In this document: in pieces, positions 1 through 7,556 of the stretch
Position numbering within the stretch: the first letter of the stretch is position 1
How the letters are laid out: each line of letters opens with the position of its first letter
Virus record (IMG/VR): IMGVR_UViG_3300049199_000008
Location: 1-57,300 of that record
Direction: 5' to 3' (one strand)
Length of the DNA: 57,300 nucleotides
Source: a virus
The notes under the pieces: model-generated
The model's database searches: none
What the model was told of the DNA's origin: nothing
What the model saw: the letters and a program-made list of their open reading frames with translations, nothing else
Made by a program: the position numbers and the translations under genes

Positions 1-142
1 CCCTGTGGTAACTGACCCTGTGGTAACTGACCCTGTGGTAACTGACCCTGTGGTAACTGACCCTGTGGTAACTGACCCTGTGGTAACTGACCCTGTGGTA
101 ACTGACCCTGTGGTAACTGACCCTGTGGTAACTGACCCTGTG
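1..142 (+). repeat. 15-bp tandem repeat ccctgtggtaactga, 9 full units plus a partial unit
   Basis: Perfect head-to-tail copies read directly; in frame, coding PVVTD. Identical to the array at 57191..57300. Confidence 0.95.
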
Positions 143-328
143 CCGGTGGCCGCCAGCACTCCAGCACGTTTAATCAATACCGGTGCGGGTTGGTACAATG
201 TGGAAGTGGAAGGGCTAGGCGTGGTAAACCCAGCGAAGCTGAAAGGGCGTGAAGCTGCTACAGAATGGGCCGCTGAAAATAATTACTCAATTGCATCTAC
301 TGCGGCTCAAAACTCCGTCAGTGCGTAG
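1..328 (+). CDS. C-terminal part of a PVVTD-repeat protein; the ORF wraps the window junction (N-terminal part at 56978..57300)
   Basis: Frame open from position 2 (cct gtg gta act gac = PVVTD) to TAG 326-328. Same frame and same repeat as the ORF that runs off the right end. Function not recognised. Confidence 0.7.
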   Translation, partial: PVVTDPVVTDPVVTDPVVTDPVVTDPVVTDPVVTDPVVTDPVVTDPVPVAASTPARLINTGAGWYNVEVEGLGVVNPAKLKGREAATEWAAENNYSIASTAAQNSVSA

Positions 329-503
329 AATGCGGTGACTGGTTTCTAGCGCGTAAAATAACGCATATTTACTGCAGGGACCGTTGTAGAACTCGGCGAT
401 GTAGGCTACTATCTAAACTCAACCAACAAGAGGATAAAACCATGTCAGACTCAGATAACCCGAAAGATAAAGACAAGCAAACAAACCCGCCGCCAACCAA
501 TCC

Positions 504-926
504 ATGATCGACGAGTTTAAGGCCGCTGTTTTTATAGCGGCTTTTTTAATTAACCGCCAAGCTGTTTGGATATTAATAATCCACGCTGCGACTGAATACG
601 CCCAACTATCACCGCTTAATGGGTTTGACACCGCATTAGCTAAAGCAGTTATTTTTAGTCTATCGGCTGCTTATATCACGCTTAAATCAGAAATTCGTCA
701 GGTTTTAGTATGGTTATCTTGGGTAAGCTGGTGGTGCGCTGTGGATATTCTGATAGCGCCGGGCACAGTGACACTGTTTTCCAGTAATTATAGTACACTT
801 ATCAATATTTTAGACTTCATCATCATTTATCATTTATTCACCACTGGAGGGCTGAATGTCGTTGGATCATATAGTCGCTCTGGTCATCATCCTGCTTTTA
901 ATTTATACTTGCCGAAAGCGCGTTAA
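504..926 (+). CDS. Putative multi-pass membrane protein; start uncertain
   Basis: ORF track. Several hydrophobic stretches (VIFSLSAAYITL, VLVWLSWVSWWCAVDILIA, ILDFIIIYHLF). No SD before the ATG, and the terminator hairpin lies in its first 45 nt. Confidence 0.35.
   Translation: MIDEFKAAVFIAAFLINRQAVWILIIHAATEYAQLSPLNGFDTALAKAVIFSLSAAYITLKSEIRQVLVWLSWVSWWCAVDILIAPGTVTLFSSNYSTLINILDFIIIYHLFTTGGLNVVGSYSRSGHHPAFNLYLPKAR
522..547 (+). terminator. Rho-independent terminator
   Basis: Stem GCCGCT (522-527) / AGCGGC (536-541), 8-nt loop, then TTTTTT (542-547). Confidence 0.6.
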
Positions 927-1008
927 ACGTATTACCGAGCGGGACCGTATAGATGAACTTGAACATAAGCGAAAAATTGCTAAGCATTCAGGACACACTG
1001 ATAAATAA
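856..1008 (+). CDS. Small single-pass membrane protein, 50 aa (below the ORF-track cutoff)
   Basis: GGAGG lies 5 nt before ATG 856. Translation MSLDHIVALVIILLLIYTCRKRVKR...; TAA at 1006-1008. Confidence 0.45.
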   Translation: MSLDHIVALVIILLLIYTCRKRVKRITERDRIDELEHKRKIAKHSGHTDK

Positions 1009-1300
1009 AGCCTATTTAATCGGCGCGTGGATGGTTAGCGGCTCGCTGGCTGTACCTAGCTGGGTGGGGGCTGATGGTCGAGACTTCTCTGAACGCGCTC
1101 ATTATTACTTTTCAAATCTTACCGTCATGGAGCTGCTCGGCTTTGTGGCCATGATACTACTAATCATTGAGCGCTGCTTTGTCGTATGGGCCCGCTTTAG
1201 AGAATGGCGGCGTAACCGATCAGATGATACGCCCTGGGGCTTGATAGCCACAATGCTAGTCGTCGTAGCAGCGATATGGGTGGTGGCGTATAATGGCTAG
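953..1300 (+). CDS. Membrane protein (alternative start ATG 1031)
   Basis: ORF track. Hydrophobic helices LLGFVAMILLIIERCFVVW and LIATMLVVVAAIWVVA. Confidence 0.5.
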   Translation: MNLNISEKLLSIQDTLINKAYLIGAWMVSGSLAVPSWVGADGRDFSERAHYYFSNLTVMELLGFVAMILLIIERCFVVWARFREWRRNRSDDTPWGLIATMLVVVAAIWVVAYNG

Positions 1301-1874
1301 TTATTCAAAGTGGCTTTTATTTCTTAAAAAAATTACAGTCGGGCTCCGAGCGCTGACCGTACAGTTCTACACTGAAGCAAACGTAAAAAACGGCGTTCAG
1401 TATGAGGCGAGTTTTGACTCTGTGGCCGTACCGGCGTTAACGGGTCAAGTCAATGCGGTTATGACCACCGGCGCTAAACCTGTTATTATTAAAGCCCGTA
1501 TTATTGATTTTACTGGTAAGAAAATTCGCGCCAGTGTATTTCGCGGACCGACCCATACGGGCGGTACACCACTGACAATCTACAATCTGAATGATATAGG
1601 TCCGGTAGCGACCACAGTGTCAGTAATTGGCGGGGCTACAATATCTGCTACTGGTACTCAGTTCGGTGCGCCTAACACAGTGTACGGCTCTGATTTAACG
1701 GGCAATAGCGTGCAAGGTACATTCGCCGTTACAGGACAGGAACGCATATTACGGCCTAATACCACATATTTGCTAAGAATTGAAAACCTTGGTGATACTA
1801 CCAGTAATATATCAGGCTATTTAACATGGTATGAAGGTAGCACCGATTTACCTAAAGCCGAGGGCGTTATATGA
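1293..1874 (+). CDS. Hypothetical virion-module protein
   Basis: ORF track, 193 aa. Overlaps the downstream gene by 4 nt. Lies between the capsid genes and the connector genes. Confidence 0.6.
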   Translation: MASYSKWLLFLKKITVGLRALTVQFYTEANVKNGVQYEASFDSVAVPALTGQVNAVMTTGAKPVIIKARIIDFTGKKIRASVFRGPTHTGGTPLTIYNLNDIGPVATTVSVIGGATISATGTQFGAPNTVYGSDLTGNSVQGTFAVTGQERILRPNTTYLLRIENLGDTTSNISGYLTWYEGSTDLPKAEGVI

Positions 1875-2266
1875 GCTTCACAGTAGATGCAGTACGCCGA
1901 CTGGTAAACGTGCCAGACATTACGGACGAGTTTATACTCGGGTATGCTGATGACGGCTATACCGAAGCCATTGACGTGGCTATCGCTCTATGCGACTACA
2001 TGGCATCACTCACTGGCGCCAACTCAAAGCTGATTAAAGTCGGCCCTATCACTATCGATAAAGAAGCCGTTAGCCAAAACTGGCAGTCGATTAAAGATAA
2101 CCTCATTAAACGTAAATTCACTGGCGCTGGTGTACCATGTGGTATCGGCTTAGCTGGGTTAACCACATTTGCAGGTGCTGTAGTGACTGGCAGCGGCTGT
2201 CCTGAGAACGTATGGATCGGCCAGTTTGATAACCCGCCACAAACTGCAGGGTGCGACTGTGAGTAA
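1871..2266 (+). CDS. Putative head-tail connector/adaptor
   Basis: Called from its position in a chain of four small overlapping genes upstream of the tail genes. Only weak resemblance to gp6-like N-termini. Confidence 0.45.
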   Translation: MSFTVDAVRRLVNVPDITDEFILGYADDGYTEAIDVAIALCDYMASLTGANSKLIKVGPITIDKEAVSQNWQSIKDNLIKRKFTGAGVPCGIGLAGLTTFAGAVVTGSGCPENVWIGQFDNPPQTAGCDCE

Positions 2267-2645
2267 CATACCCGATGTCGTTGCTGGTGTGACTGAAGCG
2301 CTTGCCGAGACTGGCGAGCCGTTAACGTTGCGAAAGTTTACCACGGCGGACAACCCCGCAGACCCAACAGGGCCGCCAGTGACTACACCTGTCGACTACG
2401 CTTGTATCGGTTATGTCGGACCTGTACGTCAGTTTAACACTGCATCGCGCGTTGTGGAGATTACCACAGACGCCTATATCGACCCGCTCAGTATTACGGG
2501 TAACACGCTATCAGCTCTGACCGTTATATCAGATCTTGGTGACGTGTTAATTGACGGTAGCGGTAAGGAATGGGTATTAACCCGCGAGCAGCACCCACGG
2601 CTTGAGGGTCGTATCGCTTTATTCTGGCACTCGGGGCTTGCATGA
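2259..2645 (+). CDS. Putative head-tail joining protein
   Basis: GTG 2259 overlaps the upstream stop (GTGAGTAA). The longest ORF starts at 2226. Confidence 0.5.
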   Translation: MSNIPDVVAGVTEALAETGEPLTLRKFTTADNPADPTGPPVTTPVDYACIGYVGPVRQFNTASRVVEITTDAYIDPLSITGNTLSALTVISDLGDVLIDGSGKEWVLTREQHPRLEGRIALFWHSGLA

Positions 2646-3040
2646 CTTCGGTACGTATGCTGGCGCTTCAAGCTCAGCTGGCAGAAGCTTGCGAGGATGA
2701 GATCCGCCGCGTTACTTTAAATATCCGCAATATACTGGTCGACGAGCCGCCAGACGGTACGCCGATAGACACAGGCTTTGCAAGTAATAACTGGTGGTTT
2801 AATGTCGGTGGCCCTGCTGATAGCCCCATAACTCCAACACCAGGCGGCGCGGCGCGTATAGCTTCGGATACTGTGACTATTACCACAGCGCGCATAAACG
2901 GCCAGCCGCTTCACATCACTAATAACGCATCCTATATAGGGCTGCTGAACGACGGAACCAGCACGCAGAGCCCCGCAGGATTCGTTGAGCGTGCTGTTAT
3001 TAGGGAGCAGTTCGCCTCACGGCTTAGGGTGTTGGGTTAG
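2642..3040 (+). CDS. HK97 gp10-like tail-completion/neck protein
   Basis: About 130 aa. C-terminal ASYIGLLNDGTSTQSPAGFVERAV resembles the HK97 gp10 family. ATGA overlap with the upstream gene. Confidence 0.5.
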   Translation: MTSVRMLALQAQLAEACEDEIRRVTLNIRNILVDEPPDGTPIDTGFASNNWWFNVGGPADSPITPTPGGAARIASDTVTITTARINGQPLHITNNASYIGLLNDGTSTQSPAGFVERAVIREQFASRLRVLG

Positions 3041-3486
3041 TAATCGAAGCTATAATACTCAGCGACGTTCTCAGCAGTTTCAGGTACAGTATAAGTTGGT
3101 CGACTGTAGTTATGGCCCTGCTTTAAACCAGTCAAATCCACATCGGCAACTTTTTCGTTAAACACTTTAAGTAATGCAAGTTCTCGTTCTAAATGACGAA
3201 CTTGACGCCGCTTTAAGAACTTTAATCGGTCAAACGCCTGCTGTTGCGTCGGCTGGGCGATACGACTACCGGATTTGTGGATACGGTATATTTTATAGCC
3301 TAACCGCTTGCAGGTTTGTAGTAAAGTTTCATTTGGTAAACACCGCCACGCTGGCACTGGAAACTCCCAGTGTCGTATACAATAGGCGTAAGCTGGCGTA
3401 TCGCGGACTACTTTAAACTCTCGCATTTGTACGACTATACCTTGCTTGTCGTACTCTACATGCGCCTTATAATATGTATCACTCAT
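3037..3486 (-). CDS. Hypothetical protein, antisense cassette 1
   Basis: Start ATG 3486 (MSDTYYKAH...) with GGGGTGG SD and an ATGA overlap with the upstream gene. Its stop overlaps the gp10-like stop (TTAG). Confidence 0.6.
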   Translation of the reverse strand: MSDTYYKAHVEYDKQGIVVQMREFKVVRDTPAYAYCIRHWEFPVPAWRCLPNETLLQTCKRLGYKIYRIHKSGSRIAQPTQQQAFDRLKFLKRRQVRHLERELALLKVFNEKVADVDLTGLKQGHNYSRPTYTVPETAENVAEYYSFDY

Positions 3487-3677
3487 ATAGCCACCCCACT
3501 CAGTGAACAGCGACAATTTATAGTCTGAGACCCTACACGCCGGATGCGAATACGTGTAGGTGCTTTGAGCTGCCACCAGCGGCGTGGTAGCGTCTCGGTG
3601 AACTGTTCGATCATACCATCGTGTCGCATGGTTTTGCGTAGGGCGATAGAGCGGTTATATTTGGCAGGTGTGGTCAT
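3483..3677 (-). CDS. Hypothetical small protein, antisense cassette 1
   Basis: ORF track, 64 aa. Translationally coupled to 3037..3486. Confidence 0.5.
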   Translation of the reverse strand: MTTPAKYNRSIALRKTMRHDGMIEQFTETLPRRWWQLKAPTRIRIRRVGSQTINCRCSLSGVAI

Positions 3678-3701
3678 AGCGGTTGCTCCATTGTGTCCGA
3701 G

Positions 3702-3917
3702 TTAATCAACTAATATGCGGTCAATAACAACGGCACCAACAATGTCAAAACCTGACGTTTTAAGCGGTGCTGAATCAAAATTTAAAGCCACAGATTCTCG
3801 CAAAGATTTATCAGCTTCCACTTGTCCGCATATTTCCAGTGGGAATTTAAAGAAATCCTCGTCTTTTTGTGCAACTATAGTTTGATCTAATTGACGCCAA
3901 AATATTACTTCTTTCAT
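3702..3917 (-). CDS. Hypothetical small protein, antisense cassette 1
   Basis: Internal ATG 3917 (MKEVIFW...) is preceded by GGAG. The longer ORF to 3974 would run into the promoter. Confidence 0.55.
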   Translation of the reverse strand: MKEVIFWRQLDQTIVAQKDEDFFKFPLEICGQVEADKSLRESVALNFDSAPLKTSGFDIVGAVVIDRILVD

Positions 3918-3961
3918 GATTATTGCTCCGTTATGCCAGCACCGCGCCAGCTGATGCCGTA

Positions 3962-4035
3962 ACTCTAGCCGCACCTCTCACCGCTGTCAACTACTATTTT
4001 AAAATATTTATAACCCCTACCGCCAGTGTTATACT
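3962..4035. promoter_or_regulatory. Divergent promoter cassette
   Basis: Minus strand: TTGACA (3990-3985), 17 nt, TAGAGT (3967-3962). Shared palindrome TATTTTAAAATA. Plus strand: TTTATA (4007-4012), 17 nt, TG-n-TATACT (4027-4035). Confidence 0.55.
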
Positions 4036-4052
4036 AACCGCAGAGGTGCGTC

Positions 4053-4472
4053 ATGCTGCAATCAGATATTTTAAATATTGTCTATAACCGGATACTGGCG
4101 GCTAACATCGTGCCGACTGGTCGGTTATTTACCGCTAGTAAAGCGCCTAACGAGACTCAGGTATCACAGCCTAAAATTATACTAACGCTCGCACCGGCTA
4201 CAGGCCAGATCACCACGCTAGGCAGCGACGAAGTGTGTCGCCGCCGCGAGTATGGTGGTGTGGTATTTGCGGCTGTCCATACGCCACTGCAAGCTGGTCA
4301 GGATATTCAATCTATCCGGTACGCTGAACAAATCCAGGCGCTGTTTGAAGGTCGTAGCGCAGACGCGCCACTGTATTATGATAATGTGGCAGTGCGTGGC
4401 GATGGCCGCCAGAGTACCGCATCATTTATCACAAACTGTGTTTTAACTTACCGACTGGAAACAGTCAGATAA
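4053..4472 (+). CDS. Putative tail terminator/tail completion protein
   Basis: 139 aa, immediately upstream of the presumed major tail protein. GAGGTG SD. Confidence 0.45.
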   Translation: MLQSDILNIVYNRILAANIVPTGRLFTASKAPNETQVSQPKIILTLAPATGQITTLGSDEVCRRREYGGVVFAAVHTPLQAGQDIQSIRYAEQIQALFEGRSADAPLYYDNVAVRGDGRQSTASFITNCVLTYRLETVR

Positions 4473-4484
4473 CGGAGGCCAATC

Positions 4485-5924
4485 ATGGCAGTCAATTGTA
4501 ATGCACCAAATGCCGCTCAGACTAACGCCACGTCGTTATCGACCGCGAAAGTCTGTGAGCCCGTTGGCGGTACAGTATGGAAATACTGGGAACCTAACGA
4601 TATTTCAAACTTCGACGCATCGTTAACGAAAGAAGCGCGCGACCCGATCAGTCAGAATCGTGGCGGTGGTAAATCTGTCGTAACAGCGCTTGAAGCTGCG
4701 CCAGGTTTCACCCACGACTTAACGGTTGATTTTATCGACTACTTCATGGACGACTTTTTATTTACTACATGGACGGGTATTGCGTCACGTAAATTTACGT
4801 TGTCAGCAGTGACCGGTACAGGCTATACGGTAACGTCAGGTGCTGTTGTACCTGTCGGCAGCATCGTGTATGCGGCGGGGCTGGGTATCGCAGGTAATAA
4901 CGGGCGTAAAGTCGTGTCAGGCACGCCAACTGCTACCAGCGTAACGACTAGTGGCTTAACAGCCGAAGTGTCGCCACCAGCAAGCGCTCAGCTGCATGTC
5001 GTTGGTATTGAGTATGCGTTGGGCGATATCGCTATTGACGCTGATGGCAACTTAACGACTGCTGCAGCAGACTTTACGACTCAGGGTTATGTGTTAAACC
5101 AGTGGATCGATGTTCGCGGTTTTACCACACAGACTGGTTCTACACTGGCTCGCGTTGTGGGTATCGCTGCGGGTAAACTGACACTGGCGAACAGCACACT
5201 GGTAGCTGAAGTGGGTACTGGTAAAACTATCAGCATCTACCATGCACAGTTAGCGCGTACCGTGTCTGCCACAGATGCGTTATTCCGTCAGCCACAGATG
5301 ACAATGGAGCTGCGCCACAACAGCGTAACGCCAGAGTACGAATACGCTCGCCGCGCTCAGGCCAACCAGATTGTGTTGAACTTGCCAGTAGCTGCTAAAG
5401 CGACCGCTGACGTAACGTTTAGTGCTGCTGACGTTGAAGCGCCTACGACTACCCGCAAGCTCGGTACGTGGGGCAATACGCTAAATAACGACTCAATGGC
5501 AGCAGCTACAGGCGCCCGCCGTGTGAGTGTGGAGAAAGCCGACGAGACAGGTCTGTCATCGTACATTAAAGACGTGACGATCACGATCAACAATAACGGC
5601 GGTAGTGAGGCAGTGTGGGGCGACTTAACGGCCACATTTGCTAACTATGGTAACCAGGCGGTCACATCAGCGACTGAAGCTGTGTTTATTGACGGTAGTG
5701 TGTTACGCGCTGCACGCAATAACGACACCATACAGTTAACGTTGGGGCTTAGTAACGCTCAAGGCACTGTGGTATTCCACCAGCCTGATAGCACATGGGA
5801 CGACCCGGCTAAAAACTTTACGGTGAACGAAGCGACTAAAATCGCTGGTACAATTACAGCATTTACCGATCCGCTGTCGTACCGCTTTGCTTGCTCGCTG
5901 TTCTGGTATCTGCCAGCAGTGTAA
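4485..5924 (+). CDS. Putative major tail (tube) protein
   Basis: 479 aa, Thr/Ala/Gly-rich. Sits upstream of the chaperone and tape-measure genes and is followed by a strong terminator. The call is positional. Confidence 0.5.
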   Translation: MAVNCNAPNAAQTNATSLSTAKVCEPVGGTVWKYWEPNDISNFDASLTKEARDPISQNRGGGKSVVTALEAAPGFTHDLTVDFIDYFMDDFLFTTWTGIASRKFTLSAVTGTGYTVTSGAVVPVGSIVYAAGLGIAGNNGRKVVSGTPTATSVTTSGLTAEVSPPASAQLHVVGIEYALGDIAIDADGNLTTAAADFTTQGYVLNQWIDVRGFTTQTGSTLARVVGIAAGKLTLANSTLVAEVGTGKTISIYHAQLARTVSATDALFRQPQMTMELRHNSVTPEYEYARRAQANQIVLNLPVAAKATADVTFSAADVEAPTTTRKLGTWGNTLNNDSMAAATGARRVSVEKADETGLSSYIKDVTITINNNGGSEAVWGDLTATFANYGNQAVTSATEAVFIDGSVLRAARNNDTIQLTLGLSNAQGTVVFHQPDSTWDDPAKNFTVNEATKIAGTITAFTDPLSYRFACSLFWYLPAV

Positions 5925-5931
5925 GGGATTG

Positions 5932-5953
5932 AGCGCCACGGATGGCGCTTTTT
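5932..5953 (+). terminator. Rho-independent terminator
   Basis: AGCGCCA / TGGCGCT stem, CGGA loop, followed by TTTTT. Confidence 0.65.
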
Positions 5954-5965
5954 ACTGTGGTGAGG

Positions 5966-6673
5966 TTAATTATCAAAGAAGAATACGATCCTCACATCTT
6001 CAAGACCCGTTAACCCACCCGCAAGAGAAAGTAGACGTGGAATTGTGTCAGACCAAACATACGACGAAGCTTCAGCATAATTTACACCCCATTCAGCTAA
6101 GACGTAAGATTGTAAATGGTTAGATTTAAGATATGTTTCTTTTTCTTCCCATGACATCTTTTTATATTGAGCTACTATATCATCAGCTTCGTCTTGGGTT
6201 AGGTGTTTTATACTACCGCCACTCACTGCACCACAATAACGGTCTGGTCCTGACGATCTTTTACCACGTAAAACCCAAGGTAGATAATCTTTTATTAAAG
6301 TCCACCCTTGGAGTTTGGTTTCCTGCATCCAGTCATAATTTAAGAGTTGGCCTAATGTGTGGTAGCTGTGAGAGTGACCGTCACTTTCCCAGCGATCAGT
6401 AATTTCTTTATATACATCGCTTGCGTCTTCAGGAATTCCACGAGGGGCGCTTATGGGGTTAAACCCTTCACCAGTTCGGATACCCGCAAAGCCACGACCA
6501 TTTCTAACGTCTGCTAGAATTGCAAAAGCATTGTAACAACGATCATCACAAAACCCACTTTTAACACTAACGTATACGTCGCCATCGCCGTAATCTTCTC
6601 GTTCAACATCACCATGTATTTGCCAAACGCCGTCAACTTTCTTTTCAACATAAAAGTGAATATCCGCACCCAT
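5966..6673 (-). CDS. Hypothetical protein with metal-ligand-like motifs, antisense cassette 2
   Basis: Start MGADIHFYVEKK at ATG 6673 with GGAG SD. Contains DxH, DGHSHSYH and a C-terminal VFFFDN. Visibly AT-richer than its flanks. Confidence 0.6.
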   Translation of the reverse strand: MGADIHFYVEKKVDGVWQIHGDVEREDYGDGDVYVSVKSGFCDDRCYNAFAILADVRNGRGFAGIRTGEGFNPISAPRGIPEDASDVYKEITDRWESDGHSHSYHTLGQLLNYDWMQETKLQGWTLIKDYLPWVLRGKRSSGPDRYCGAVSGGSIKHLTQDEADDIVAQYKKMSWEEKETYLKSNHLQSYVLAEWGVNYAEASSYVWSDTIPRLLSLAGGLTGLEDVRIVFFFDN

Positions 6674-6717
6674 AACTATATCGCTCCGTTTAAATCGGCC
6701 CAACGCCGAATACCCAA

Positions 6718-6791
6718 ACGATACGCGCCAACCGTAACGCTGTCAACTACTATTTTAAAATATTTATAACCCCCACAGCCAGTGTTATACT
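6718..6791. promoter_or_regulatory. Divergent promoter cassette, near-identical to 3962..4035
   Basis: Minus strand: TTGACA (6746-6741), 17 nt, TATCGT (6723-6718). TATTTTAAAATA palindrome. Plus strand: TTTATA, 17 nt, TG-n-TATACT (6783-6791). Confidence 0.55.
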
Positions 6792-6819
6792 ACCGACAAC
6801 ACTAACAGGAGCATAACAC

Positions 6820-7260
6820 ATGAAATTATCCAATTTTAAATCAGCCCTCAGCAGCTTAGCGCGTACTGACACAACCCCACTGGTTTTAACCCCGTCACTG
6901 ACTTTACATGTCGGCCGTATCGACACCAGTAATACAGATTACGTGGCAAGGATGTCAGAATTCGTCCGTAATAACCCTAATCATCGTGTATCAACTGACC
7001 GCCTGAATTTCTTTAACGAGCTGGTATCAGGTGCAGTCACTGAAGGTCTTGATACGTTCCTTGCAAATCTGGTCGTTACCGGCTGGGATTTAAAAGACGA
7101 CGAAGGTAAACCGCAGGCGTTCAGCATCGATGAGTGTGTGGAATTGTTTAATTTACCTGAAGGTATCGGCCATCAGGTCATGAGCCGCACGCTTAACCAC
7201 GCACTGACCGAAACGCATTATGTCGTTGATTGGGAGTCAGTCGTCACAAAAAACTCGTAG
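6820..7260 (+). CDS. Tail assembly chaperone (G-like)
   Basis: Lies immediately upstream of the tape measure. Ends 6 nt after the slippery heptamer. Confidence 0.75.
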   Translation: MKLSNFKSALSSLARTDTTPLVLTPSLTLHVGRIDTSNTDYVARMSEFVRNNPNHRVSTDRLNFFNELVSGAVTEGLDTFLANLVVTGWDLKDDEGKPQAFSIDECVELFNLPEGIGHQVMSRTLNHALTETHYVVDWESVVTKNS

Positions 7261-7556
7261 ACTGGCTGCTGTGGGAAGACTCCGGCATAGGGGACACCGA
7301 CTGGATTGTAGAGCAAGCTATCGCATCCGGTCGGCCAATACCACAGATAGTCAGTCAGCGGCCAACACTACGGCCAGACGCTGAGTTTTATTTACGGGCG
7401 TATCTCGACTTAATGAGCTGCGCGAATGATAGGGGTGTCATACCGTGGACCGCATACGACCAGTACGCGCAGCGGTATGGGGAGCGAACCGACAGATTAA
7501 AGCGGATTATAGAGGCGCTGAATAGTGGCACAGTTTCCCATAGACATAAAGATTGA
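6820..7556 (+). CDS. Tail assembly chaperone GT-like fusion made by -1 programmed frameshift
   Basis: A AAA AAC at 7248-7254 in the zero frame. The -1 frame continues KKLVDWLLWEDSG... to 7556. Confidence 0.7.
7248..7254 (+). promoter_or_regulatory. -1 ribosomal frameshift slippery heptamer A AAA AAC
   Basis: X XXY YYZ pattern in the correct phase (aca aaa aac tcg tag). Confidence 0.75.

Noticed and set aside
1-142. The regularly repeated 15-mers could be read as a CRISPR-like array.
   Set aside because: The units are contiguous with no spacers, are only 15 bp long, and lie in frame inside an ORF (PVVTD). This is a coding minisatellite.
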